DNA from: Alphaproteobacteria bacterium
Lineage (GTDB): Bacteria > Pseudomonadota > Alphaproteobacteria > UBA6615
Assembly (NCBI GenBank): GCA_965261975.1
Contig: CBDHEC010000010.1
Coordinates: forward strand, 1 to 64,000
Direction: 5' to 3'
DNA: 64,000 bases
Shown: positions 1 to 9,245 of the stretch, piece by piece
How the letters are laid out: every line of letters starts with the position of its first letter
Position numbering within the stretch: the stretch's first letter is position 1
The notes under the pieces: generated by a model
The model's database searches: none
What the model saw: the letters and a program-made list of their open reading frames with translations, nothing else
What the model was told of the DNA's origin: nothing
Made by a program: the position numbers and the translations under genes

Positions 1-201
1 GTGGGCCTGTTCATGAAGCGGAACATCCATTCCTCCGCGCTGGTGCTGCTGCCCCGCTCGGGCCACCTCATCAACCTGGAGGAGCCGGCGCTGTTCAACC
101 AGCAGCTGGGAGACTTCCTGGCGCGGGTGGATGCCGGACGCTGGGAAATGCGCGACGAACGCTCGATCACGACGGACATCCTGTGGACGCCCGACAAGTA
201 G
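1..201 (+). CDS. Alpha/beta hydrolase, C-terminal fragment (5' end outside window)
   Basis: 'LVLLPRSGHLINLEEPALFN' is the typical catalytic-His segment of alpha/beta hydrolases. Confidence 0.75.
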   Translation: MGLFMKRNIHSSALVLLPRSGHLINLEEPALFNQQLGDFLARVDAGRWEMRDERSITTDILWTPDK

Positions 202-211
202 GGAGCGTCCG

Positions 212-1222
212 CTAAAAGCCTTCCACGACGACCTTGCCTTTCGCGGTGCCTGTCTCGATCAGTGCATGGGCGGCGCGCATGGTCTCGGCGTTGATCGGGC
301 TCATCACCTCGTTAAGCGTCGTGCGGATACGCCCGGCGTCGATCTCACCCGCCACATACTTCAACAGCTTGTGCTGCCCGATCATATCGGGCGTTTCGAA
401 CATCGAGCGCGTATACATGAACTCCCAATGCAGACTGGCGGATTTCATCTTGAAGGCTGCCATCTCCATCGGTTGATCGGTCGCATCGATGCAGACGATC
501 CCGCCCTGCGGCCGGATCAATTCAACGGCGGTATCCCAGTGGCGCATGTCATTGAGGATCGCAATATGATCCACATACTCCATCCCCAGCGCACGCACCT
601 GCTCGACCATCGGCTCACGATGGTTGACCACATAGTCCGCACCCAGCTCCTTGACCCAGTCGGATGTCTCCGGGCGCGAGGCCGTGGCGATGATCTCGAG
701 CCCGGCTGCCTTCGCGAGCTGAATGCCGATGGAGCCCACGCCGCCGCCCGCGCCGATGATCAGGATCGACTCACCCTTGCTGGCGCCGTCCCGGTCGATG
801 CCCAGGCGATCGAAGAAGGATTCGTAGGCGGTGATCGTCGTCAGCGGTAACGCGGCAGCTTCCGCGAAGTTCAGGGATTTGGGCTTCGGCCCGACAATAC
901 GTTCGTCGATCAGCTGGAACTCCGCGTTCGACCCCGGGCGGGTCAGGTCACCCGCGTAATACACCTCATCACCCGGCTTGAAGAGGGTGACGTCCGGGCC
1001 GACGGCCTCGACCACACCGCTGGCGTCCCAGCCGAGCACCTTCGGCGGATCCTCGACACCATCCTTCGGCGCGCGGACCTTCGTGTCGACCGGGTTGACC
1101 GAGACGGCCTTCACGGCGACGAGAAAGTCGCGGCCGGCAGCCTCGGGCTTGGGCAAGTCCATGTCGAGGAACGAGTTCGGGTCCTCGATGGGCAGATAAT
1201 GGGTAAGTGCGACGGCTTTCAT
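212..1222 (-). CDS. Zinc-binding alcohol dehydrogenase family / quinone oxidoreductase (MDR)
   Basis: VNPVDTKVR, LGWDASGVV, AAALPLT, GAGGGVGS, GKVVV motifs; 336 aa. Confidence 0.92.
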   Translation of the reverse strand: MKAVALTHYLPIEDPNSFLDMDLPKPEAAGRDFLVAVKAVSVNPVDTKVRAPKDGVEDPPKVLGWDASGVVEAVGPDVTLFKPGDEVYYAGDLTRPGSNAEFQLIDERIVGPKPKSLNFAEAAALPLTTITAYESFFDRLGIDRDGASKGESILIIGAGGGVGSIGIQLAKAAGLEIIATASRPETSDWVKELGADYVVNHREPMVEQVRALGMEYVDHIAILNDMRHWDTAVELIRPQGGIVCIDATDQPMEMAAFKMKSASLHWEFMYTRSMFETPDMIGQHKLLKYVAGEIDAGRIRTTLNEVMSPINAETMRAAHALIETGTAKGKVVVEGF

Positions 1223-1249
1223 TGAGAACTCTCCTGTTCGTCGGATCGG

Positions 1250-2065
1250 TCAGGCGCGACCGGTGGTTTTGCTCAGAACTTCCTCGATCACGCGCACGAC
1301 CGCGGCCGTTTTGGCGGGATCGAGGGCATCGGGATGGGGGTCGGCGAAGACGCCATCATCATTGTCGAAATACAGGCCCGACGCCGCGGCAAACTCGTCG
1401 GACAGGGCCGCGCGGGAGAGGATATCGGCGCCGATCTGCAGATCGCCGCCCGGAATCCCATAGGCATCTTTCACCATCTTGCTGCCAAGCAGCGACCCGG
1501 GGTTAACCGCGATTATCGCCGGGTCGGCTCCCTTGAGTGACAGCCCGAGCTCACGAGACCACATGGTCAGCGCGAGCTTGCTCTGCGCATAGGCCTCGCC
1601 GTCTGACAATTGCCCCCGTCCCGCGAGCGCCGCCGGATCGACAGGAGACTGGGCCGCCGAAGACAGGTTCACCACCCGACCCTCGGGTCCAAGCAATGGC
1701 AGCAGCTTACGCGCCAGCAGATAAGGGGCGACGGTGTTCACGGCGAACCGGGCATCCAGACCGTCCGGTGTGACAGCGTCGGGCACCCCGTAGACGCCGG
1801 CATTGTTGATCAGGACATCGAGGGAATCGTGGTTCCCGCTCAGTGTCTCCCCGAGTGCCTCGACATCGGCCAGCCGGGACAAATCTGCGACATAGCTTTC
1901 AACGCCGCCGCTTTTGCCAAGCGCGGAAATCGTGTCCACCGCATTACGCAGTTTCGTCGGGTTGCGGCCGTGCAACAGTATGTTGTGACCGTCGGCCGCC
2001 AGCATCTTGGCCGTTTCCAGGCCGATGCCGTCCGTCGAACCGGTGATCAGAATTGTCTTCTGCAT
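1250..2065 (-). CDS. Short-chain dehydrogenase/reductase
   Basis: ITGSTDGIG, INNAG, YAQSK; start moved to MQKTIL (2065). Confidence 0.9.
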   Translation of the reverse strand: MQKTILITGSTDGIGLETAKMLAADGHNILLHGRNPTKLRNAVDTISALGKSGGVESYVADLSRLADVEALGETLSGNHDSLDVLINNAGVYGVPDAVTPDGLDARFAVNTVAPYLLARKLLPLLGPEGRVVNLSSAAQSPVDPAALAGRGQLSDGEAYAQSKLALTMWSRELGLSLKGADPAIIAVNPGSLLGSKMVKDAYGIPGGDLQIGADILSRAALSDEFAAASGLYFDNDDGVFADPHPDALDPAKTAAVVRVIEEVLSKTTGRA

Positions 2066-2100
2066 GGGTAAATCCTTGCGTGCCGGGCGTGGTGCCGCGA

Positions 2101-2391
2101 CTAGCTGATGTGCGTCATCTCGTTCACGGTGAAACTTGCAACCGCGCCCCCGACGGCCTCCAGATAGGCCGCGAGATGCGGTGCGTTCATATGCGCCTGC
2201 CACAGATCGCGCGACTCCCAGTTCTCGAAGAACAGGAAATGCGTCGGATCGTCATTGTCCTGATGCAGGTCGTACTGGACGCAGCCCGCTTCGGCGCGGG
2301 TCGGGACCACCAGTTTCTCCAGTTCCGCACGGACCAGGTCTTCCTTGCCCGGGTTCGCATGGATGTTCGCGACAATGGTCAATGTGGTCAT
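2101..2391 (-). CDS. Putative quinol monooxygenase (ABM domain)
   Basis: TRAEAGCVQYDLH...FFENWES...HMNAPH pattern; 96 aa. Confidence 0.9.
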   Translation of the reverse strand: MTTLTIVANIHANPGKEDLVRAELEKLVVPTRAEAGCVQYDLHQDNDDPTHFLFFENWESRDLWQAHMNAPHLAAYLEAVGGAVASFTVNEMTHIS

Positions 2392-2499
2392 GGCTCAGGC
2401 TTTCGATGGGCGTTGCAAATGTCTGGCGGATAGATAGGGCTTGTTATGAAACCGGACAATCTGTCAAATTGAGGAATAATAATCCGGATATTCCGTATA

Positions 2500-3390
2500 A
2501 TGTTGCTCGACAACATCAGCCTGTTCCTGCAGATCGTGGAGAAAGGCAGTCTCGTCGCCGCCGGCCGGGAATCCGGGCTTTCTTCGACCACCGTTTCCGA
2601 GCGTCTGGCCGCGCTGGAGGCCCATTTCGGCGTCGTCCTCCTCAACCGCACCACGCGCGCGATCAGCCTGACTGACGAGGGCCGCACGCTGGTCGACGGC
2701 GCCCGCTCGGTCCTGGGTGAGATCGAGGATCTGGAGACCCGGATTCGTCTCGGCGCAGAGACATTGTCGGGCCCGATCCGGATCAGCGCGCCCTTCGATA
2801 TCGGGCGCACCATCGTGGCGGAGGAGATCGATCAATTCCTGACGGAGCACCCCGCCATCACGGTCGAACTGGCCCTCTCGGACGGGTATGTGGATATCGT
2901 TGGCGAGGGGTTCGATCTCGCCGTCCGGTCGGCCCCCGTAACCGACAGTTCGCTCCGCGTCAGGATTGCCGGCCACACGCGGCGCGTGATCTGCGCCGCG
3001 CCCGCCTACCTGAGTAGGCGCGGCACACCCAAAGAGCCCGCCGACCTGACGGACCATAACTGCATCGCCATGCGCTTCGGCACGGAACTGCACAACGCGT
3101 GGCCCTTCGGCGACGGCACAAGCCGGCAGACCGTCACCGTGCGCGGCGACCGGGTGACCAATGACGGGGTGCTCGTACGCCAGTGGGCGCTGGCGGGTCA
3201 TGGGATAATCCTGAAGGCCGCGCTCGACGTCGGACAGGACATCGAGGACGGCAGGCTTGTCGAACTGCTGGCCGACCACGCGCCACCACCCACGCCGTTG
3301 CAATTGCTGTTTCCGCCGAGCCGCGCACAGCCCAGGCGCGTGCGCGCCCTCGCCGACCAGCTCACATCACGGTTTCAGCGAGTATCGTGA
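2500..3390 (+). CDS. LysR-family regulator, divergent from the ABM-SDR-ADH operon
   Basis: N-terminal HTH with LLNRTTRAISLTDEG; substrate-binding domain; 296 aa. Confidence 0.93.
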   Translation: MLLDNISLFLQIVEKGSLVAAGRESGLSSTTVSERLAALEAHFGVVLLNRTTRAISLTDEGRTLVDGARSVLGEIEDLETRIRLGAETLSGPIRISAPFDIGRTIVAEEIDQFLTEHPAITVELALSDGYVDIVGEGFDLAVRSAPVTDSSLRVRIAGHTRRVICAAPAYLSRRGTPKEPADLTDHNCIAMRFGTELHNAWPFGDGTSRQTVTVRGDRVTNDGVLVRQWALAGHGIILKAALDVGQDIEDGRLVELLADHAPPPTPLQLLFPPSRAQPRRVRALADQLTSRFQRVS

Positions 3391-3408
3391 CCGACGAACC
3401 TTTGGGCC

Positions 3409-4192
3409 TCACCCGATCCCGTACTTCTTCGCCCAGCCCAGCCCGGCCATGGTCTCGCCGCGCGGGCGGTACTCTGCGCCGACCCAGCCGTCGTAGCCTG
3501 CTTCCTCGAGCATCTTGAACAGGAACTCGTAGTTCATCTCGCCGTCGTCGGGCTCGTGTCGGCCGGGTACGCCGGCGAACTGCACATAGGCGGACCTGGC
3601 GAGGTATCGCTCGATCTTGTCGGCGATGAAACCCTCCGACATCTGGGCGTGATACAGGTCGAACTGCACCCCCACATTGTCCATCCCGGCCTCTTCCACG
3701 ATGGAATGACCCATCGCCTGGCCGATCAGGAAATAGCCCGGATTGTCGGTCAGGTTGAGGGGCTCGATGTGAAGCGTCATGCCCCGTGCCGAGGCCGCTA
3801 CCGCACCCGCGCGGAGATTGGACAAAAGCGTCTGGCGGTGGGCCGCCGGGTCGCCGCCCGCGGGCACCGTGCCCGACATCACATGGACGCGCGTGCACCC
3901 CAGCGCCTCGGCGCTGTCCATGGCGAGCTTGAGGTCGTCGGCGAAGGCCGCCTCCTCGCCCGGGATCGCCGCGCTGGCCGAACTTGGTGGCCTCGGTGTC
4001 GCCATAGGGCGTGTTGAGGAGCGTGCACTCCACCCCTGCGCGCTCCAGCCGCTTGGCCAGTTCGGTCAGGTCCTGGTCATAGGGGCGCTGGATCTCGACC
4101 CCCGGGAAACCGGCGTCGGCGGCGGCCGTGATCCGCTCGGGCAACGGCAGCTCGGTGAACATCATCATGATGCAGGAGGAGAATTTGAACAT
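3409..4192 (-). pseudogene. Hydroxypyruvate isomerase family (Hyi/OtnI), frameshifted near 3976-3980
   Basis: N-part MFKFSSCIMMMFTELPL...TKFG and C-part SAAIPGEE...IEPLN...FDLYH...GRHEP...GAEYRP lie in different frames; removing one base restores an ORF of about 260 aa. Could be a sequencing error. Confidence 0.75.
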
Positions 4193-4246
4193 TGGCGCAA
4201 TCACTCTGTACGGCTTGAAGGGAACAAGACGAAATCAGCCAACCGG

Positions 4247-4741
4247 CTAGCAATCCACCCAGCCGTCGGCGGTCTTCAAGCGGTGGATGATGTTGTTCTG
4301 AGGGGTGAGCATCGCCTCGATGAAGCAACCCTTTTTCGCCGCCTCGATCAGGCGCAGCTGGTCGTCGAGGGGCGCGTCGGTGTCGAAGGAGATGTCCATG
4401 GCGATCGACTTCGGCGCGCTCTCACAGGGCTCCCGCCCTCTCTGGGTCGCCACCCACTCGCAGCGGCAGGCGATCTTCGGGTTCTCGATATCGACGCGCA
4501 GGCGCTTGGAAAAGGCGCGCATCTGGGTCATGAGGCAAGAGGTCAGCCCGGCGATGAAATAGGCGATCGGCAGGGGTGCGGAGCCATCGCCGCCGTGAAA
4601 GCCGTATTCGTCCGACGCCATCTCCCACTCGATGACTTCGGGCACCATCAAGCGCAAATCCATTTCGCAGCGCATCTTTCCCACGCCCGTGGCGTCGCAT
4701 TCGAATGCCACGTCGAAACTCTTGATATCGTCAGGTGCCAT
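4247..4741 (-). CDS. OsmC/Ohr family protein
   Basis: SDEYGFHGGDGSAPLP...LTSC and second Cys in KKGCFIE; start uncertain (4741 or 4750). Confidence 0.82.
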   Translation of the reverse strand: MAPDDIKSFDVAFECDATGVGKMRCEMDLRLMVPEVIEWEMASDEYGFHGGDGSAPLPIAYFIAGLTSCLMTQMRAFSKRLRVDIENPKIACRCEWVATQRGREPCESAPKSIAMDISFDTDAPLDDQLRLIEAAKKGCFIEAMLTPQNNIIHRLKTADGWVDC

Positions 4742-4884
4742 CGCTTCCATCCCGGTTGGATCACTTTTATTGCCCCGGATTGTGCCGCACGTGCGCCTGC
4801 ATCGCAAAGGGCGCGATTGAACCCGATGCCCCAAATCGCTATGCATGAGGGAACATCAAAAAAGACCAACCCGGGGGAATTTCC

Positions 4885-5625
4885 ATGTCGAGAGTATTGA
4901 TCGTGACCGGCGGCAGCCGGGGTTTGGGTGCCGCCACCTGTATCGGGGCCGCCGAAGCAGGCTATGAGGCCATCTGCGTCAACTATGTGGGCAACAAGGA
5001 ACGCGCCGACCAGGTGGTTGCCGCCTGCGAGGCCGCCGGTGCAAAGGCGATTGCCGTCCAGGCCGACATCACCAAGGAAGCGGACATCGTGCGGATGTTC
5101 GAGACCGTGGACAGCGAACTCGGCACGGTCACTCACTTGGTGAACAGCGCGGGCATCGTCGGTCCCTACGCGCGCGTCGACGAGCTCGACGACTGGAACG
5201 CGCTCGAGGAACTCTGGACCCTCAACATCACCTCGACGATCATTTGCTGCCGCGAGGCCATCAAACGCATGTCCACCAAGCATGGCGGCAAGGGCGGCGC
5301 GATCGTCAACCTGTCATCGGCGGCCTCCCATCTGGGCGGCGCGGGGGTCAACGTGCCCTACGCGGCCTCCAAGGGTGCCATCGATTCCATGAACTGGGGC
5401 ATGGCCCAGGAAGTGGCCGCCGAGGGCATCCGCGTCAACGCGGTCAGCCCGGGCGTCATCGACACCGAAATCCAGCCCGAGGGCCGGGTCGAGGCCGTCG
5501 GCCCGAACCTGCCCATGAAGCGCGTTGGCCAGGCGCCGGAAGTCGCCAACGCGATCCTGTTCCTGCTGTCGGACGACGCGTCCTACATCGCCGGCACGAA
5601 GGTCAACGTCTCGGGCGCGCGGTAG
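4885..5625 (+). CDS. Short-chain dehydrogenase/reductase
   Basis: VTGGSRGLG, NSAG, YAASK, IRVNAVSPG. Confidence 0.93.
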   Translation: MSRVLIVTGGSRGLGAATCIGAAEAGYEAICVNYVGNKERADQVVAACEAAGAKAIAVQADITKEADIVRMFETVDSELGTVTHLVNSAGIVGPYARVDELDDWNALEELWTLNITSTIICCREAIKRMSTKHGGKGGAIVNLSSAASHLGGAGVNVPYAASKGAIDSMNWGMAQEVAAEGIRVNAVSPGVIDTEIQPEGRVEAVGPNLPMKRVGQAPEVANAILFLLSDDASYIAGTKVNVSGAR

Positions 5626-5643
5626 GGCTGCGTACTAGATATT

Positions 5644-5717
5644 CGTCATGCCCGGGCCTGACCCGGGCATCTCCTGCACCCGCGACAAGGATGCGCGGAT
5701 CAAGTCCGCGCATGACG
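5644..5717. repeat. REP-like bipartite palindromic element
   Basis: CGTCATGCCCGGGCCTGACCCGGGCATC...GATGCGCGGATCAAGTCCGCGCATGACG: two hairpin units in inverted orientation with CGTCATG/CATGACG termini, between convergent genes. Confidence 0.75.
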
Positions 5718-5770
5718 ATACTGATCGGTCAAACCTACCCGGACCGCGACACGCGCGGTCAGTAGACCTT

Positions 5771-6175
5771 TCACGTGTAGGGCAGCGTGTTGCCCTCCTC
5801 CATGACCGCCGCCAGCGTGCGGTCGGGTGCGATCATCTGCACCTGCAAACCGCCTTCCCCTTCGCGGGGCGTGAGCCGAAAGGTCTGATCGGCAAAATCC
5901 TTGTTGTCGTATGTCAGACTGAGAACGTTGTCCGGGTCGAGGGACCAGCTTCCGCTCTCGAACTTACAGGGGAAATACCAGTCGAAATTCCCGAACCGGC
6001 CGAAATGGATCAGGTTCTTCTCGCCGTCCGCGCCGGGATAGATCAGCGTGTTCTCCGTCAGGAATGTGGGCGCGGGCAAACCGGATTCGCCGTACACCGG
6101 CGCCGAAAGCGCGAGCAATCCGGCGACCGCGAGTACCGCCGTCCCTGTCCTTCTACGTCCATGACGATCATTCAT
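5771..6175 (-). CDS. Hypothetical exported protein
   Basis: Basic N-terminus (GRRRT), hydrophobic stretch and probable cleavage site; no family recognised. Confidence 0.65.
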   Translation of the reverse strand: MNDRHGRRRTGTAVLAVAGLLALSAPVYGESGLPAPTFLTENTLIYPGADGEKNLIHFGRFGNFDWYFPCKFESGSWSLDPDNVLSLTYDNKDFADQTFRLTPREGEGGLQVQMIAPDRTLAAVMEEGNTLPYT

Positions 6176-6241
6176 GAGCGTATTCTTATATTAAATTTCG
6201 TCGTCCGCCTTGATACGGATCAAACCGGTCCCACCACAGAA

Positions 6242-7333
6242 CTACATATGCCGGAACGTGTTCTGCGCGGACTTGTAGTCATTGAGGCCGAGCTGTTCGC
6301 GCAGCTCCTCGGTGCCCTGCAACACGGGCGGGTCCACGGGAATGCCCAGGCCGTTGGCGACCCGATCGTTCTTGGTAAAATTGCCCGCGATCGCGGATGC
6401 GCCGGCAATCGCTTCCGGGCCGAGGGCCTCGATCAGGGCCGTGCGGGCCGCGTCGAGCGCCGCCCGGTCTGTGCCGATGATCGTCTCGGCAAAATCCAGC
6501 AGCAGGTCGCCGTGGGGCACACCGGTATCGAGTTCCGGGCGCACCAGGGCCTCGGGGTTCACATTCAGGTTTGTCGCTTGTCCACTCTCACGGAGGAACC
6601 GGGCATGCCCGGTGGTTCAGTAAAAGCAGTCGTTGAGCGCAGACACCCGCCCGGCGACGACCTCCGCCTGGGGACGGGTCAGCCCGTCATGATGGTTGAA
6701 ATCGAACTCCATGATCCGCTCGAGCGGCAAATACTGGGCGCGCTCGAGCGCGATATGGTCGTTGAACTCTTCCGGCACCAGGCTCATCGCCCGCATGATG
6801 TAGGGCTTGAAGGGTCCGTACATCGCCTTGGCCACCTCGCCGCCTTCGGGCGGATTCGGGATGGTGGGCACGAAGGCCTGTTCCTGCACGGCCTCCGGCG
6901 GGCGTACCCGTGACGGCTCCCCTGGCTGAGGCTCGGGCAATGGCCGCGGCGGGACGCCGATACCGCGCGCGAACACGTCGAGATTTGTGATGAAGGATAC
7001 CAGGCCGACGATCTCGGTGTACTCCGCATCACTCAGGCCGCTGCCAATTGCCGTGTTGTAGAAATCCAGATCCACATCCTTCGGCGATACCGCGACCGTG
7101 GCGATGATGTCCTGCACAACCTTGGGCAGCTCCACATCGCTGGTGGCGCCGCCCTCCTCGGGTGCCTCCAGCACGCCGGCGTCGATACAGGCCTGGCGGG
7201 CGGCCGCAATCACCGCAATGCGTTGCGCGCCGCTGCCCCAGGTGCCGGTCTGGCCGAACCTGTCGAACTGGGCCTGGTGGGCGGCCTCAAGGTCCGCGCG
7301 GACCGGGAGTGCCGAATCTTCATAGAGGCTCAT
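6242..7333 (-). CDS. AhpD/carboxymuconolactone decarboxylase-like alkylhydroperoxidase-related selenoprotein (Sec TGA at 6617-6619, codon 239 of 363)
   Basis: ORFs 6617..7333 and 6242..6562 are in frame, joined by 18 open codons; read-through gives E-VVAGRVSALNDCFY-U-TTGH, the AhpD CxxC-x3-H motif with U as second Cys. Confidence 0.82.
6580..6599 (-). promoter_or_regulatory. Candidate bacterial SECIS hairpin
   Basis: mRNA GUUC-CUC-[CGUGA]-GAG-U-GGAC, apical loop starting 24 nt after the UGA; folded by eye. Confidence 0.55.
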
Positions 7334-7372
7334 CTGACAATCACCGTTGTTGATCTGCGTAGCAGTTTAATG

Positions 7373-7401
7373 AAAAAGGCGCCGGCTCGCGCCCGCGCCT
7401 T
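7373..7401 (-). terminator. Rho-independent terminator after the HupE/UreJ gene
   Basis: AGGCGC-G-GGC-GCGA-GCC-G-GCGCCT followed by a T run on the minus strand. Confidence 0.7.
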
Positions 7402-7428
7402 CCTCAAATTCAGGTGTTCGGCCGCAGG

Positions 7429-8082
7429 TCAGACAACCCAGCCCATGGCCTGGAACAGCATTCCCTCGGCATTCTCGAGGGTCAGAAACACACCCACGCC
7501 CGCAACCACCGCGCCCGCGATGCGTGCCTGGACAGCGCTCGCCTCGGTGGCCTTCAGGGCCGTGCCGACGACCCAGCCGGCAGCCAATGCAACCAGATAT
7601 TGTGCGACGCCCAGGCCAATCAGGTAACCGATCAGGACCGCGTTGCCGACCCCGGCTTCCTGGGCCGCGATCGAGCCGCCGAAGGCGGAGCCGTGGAACA
7701 GGCCGAACAGGGAGAACAACACCACCGCCGCACCAATGCCCAGTGCGCGACCCGACAGGACGAACCCGCCTAGAATCAGCAGCGACAGGCCGATGACGAT
7801 TTCCACAGCCGGCAGTGCGAAGCCGATGCTCATCAATAGCGTGCCGACAAGCATGGCCGCGATATACGTCGCCGGGGCGACGAAACGGTGACCGGTGTAG
7901 AGCGCTGCAATACCGACCAGCGCGATAAAGAAGAGATGGTCGAAGCCGAGAATGGGATGGCCGATGCCCGACAGGACACCATGGGCGAAAGTTTCCATCG
8001 GCATGCCACCGAGCGGGTGATGCGCGAGCGCAGGCGTCGACATGGACAGCAAGGCACCGGCGGCGATCAGGTATTTTTTCAT
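7429..8082 (-). CDS. HupE/UreJ family Ni/Co transporter
   Basis: Signal peptide then AHH, GHPILGFDH, FGLFHGSAFG; start MKKYL with GAGGGG RBS. Confidence 0.9.
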   Translation of the reverse strand: MKKYLIAAGALLSMSTPALAHHPLGGMPMETFAHGVLSGIGHPILGFDHLFFIALVGIAALYTGHRFVAPATYIAAMLVGTLLMSIGFALPAVEIVIGLSLLILGGFVLSGRALGIGAAVVLFSLFGLFHGSAFGGSIAAQEAGVGNAVLIGYLIGLGVAQYLVALAAGWVVGTALKATEASAVQARIAGAVVAGVGVFLTLENAEGMLFQAMGWVV

Positions 8083-8222
8083 GATTCCCCTCAAGATTTT
8101 CGTTCCGCGCGGCAAACGCTGGTTCGAGCCAGAATCGTCTTTTCCGTAGGGATCAGCATTCGCGAAAACAGAACCGAAGGCAACCGCTTTCGGTGGGAAA
8201 TAGCTCGCCACGAGGGCGATTG

Positions 8223-9236
8223 TCAGATTTCGACGACGACCTTGCCGAAATGGCGACCTTCGCGCAGATGAGCCATCGCGGCCGGCAGTGTGTCGAGGCT
8301 GAAACGCTGGTCATCCAGCGCCGGCTTGAGGCCATTCTGCTCGACCGCCCGCAACATCGCCTCGAACTGTTCGCGCGAACCGCAGGTTACGCCTTCGAGC
8401 CGGATCTTGCGCGTGACGACCAGGGGCAGGCGAAATTCATGATTGGCACCCGACAATACGCCGATCAACATCACGGCACCGCCCAGGCGAACCGCCTTGA
8501 TCGACTGCTCCAGGGTACCGGCACCGCCGACTTCGACCACCAGATCGAGACCCCGACCCCCGGATATCTCGCGCGCCGGGCGGGCCCATTCGGGCGTATC
8601 GACGTAGTTTATCGAATGATCACTGCCGAGAGCTGCCAGTTTCCGGAGCTTCTCGTCGGACGAGGAGGTGGAAATGACCTCGGCCCCCGCCAGCTTGGCA
8701 AACTGCAGCGCGAACGCCGATACCCCGCCGGACCCCTGGGTCAACACAAGGTCTCCGGGCGTCACGCCGCCCTGATCGAACACCGCGCTCCAAGCCGTCA
8801 GCCCCGCGCAAGGCAATGCCGCCGCCTCCGCATCGGTGAGGTGAGAGGGCGTGTGACAGAGGCCGTACTCCGGCAAAACCCGCAACTCGCAGGCCATCCC
8901 GTCGATCAGGCCTCCCAACCCGGAATGGAGTTTGGCCTCATCGGGTTCGCCCGACAGCCATTCCTGGAAAAAGTTGGCGACCACACGGTCGCCCGCGGCG
9001 AACCGCGTCACCCCGGCACCGACCGCGACCACTTCGCCCGCGCCGTCGGACACGGGGATCAGGTTCTCCGTGCGCTGGCGCGACCCGTAGCCGCCCTCGA
9101 CGGTCAGCAGGTCGCGGTAGTTGAGCGTCGCGGCCCGGACCCGGACGAGAACCTCGCCCGGGCCGGGCTCGGGGTCCGGCAGGTCGACAACCGACAGATT
9201 GTCGATACCGGCCTTCGAGAGGACCGCCGCGCGCAT
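8223..9236 (-). CDS. NAD(P)-dependent alcohol dehydrogenase (MDR)
   Basis: LNYRDL, PVSDGAGEV, AAALPCAGLTAW, HFGKVVV. Confidence 0.92.
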   Translation of the reverse strand: MRAAVLSKAGIDNLSVVDLPDPEPGPGEVLVRVRAATLNYRDLLTVEGGYGSRQRTENLIPVSDGAGEVVAVGAGVTRFAAGDRVVANFFQEWLSGEPDEAKLHSGLGGLIDGMACELRVLPEYGLCHTPSHLTDAEAAALPCAGLTAWSAVFDQGGVTPGDLVLTQGSGGVSAFALQFAKLAGAEVISTSSSDEKLRKLAALGSDHSINYVDTPEWARPAREISGGRGLDLVVEVGGAGTLEQSIKAVRLGGAVMLIGVLSGANHEFRLPLVVTRKIRLEGVTCGSREQFEAMLRAVEQNGLKPALDDQRFSLDTLPAAMAHLREGRHFGKVVVEI

Positions 9237-9245
9237 CGTTGGCCG

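Noticed and set aside
8083-8222. Cobalamin riboswitch upstream of hupE/ureJ
   Set aside because: The gap is only 140 nt and no B12-box or GGGAA...GCCCCCGC core was seen
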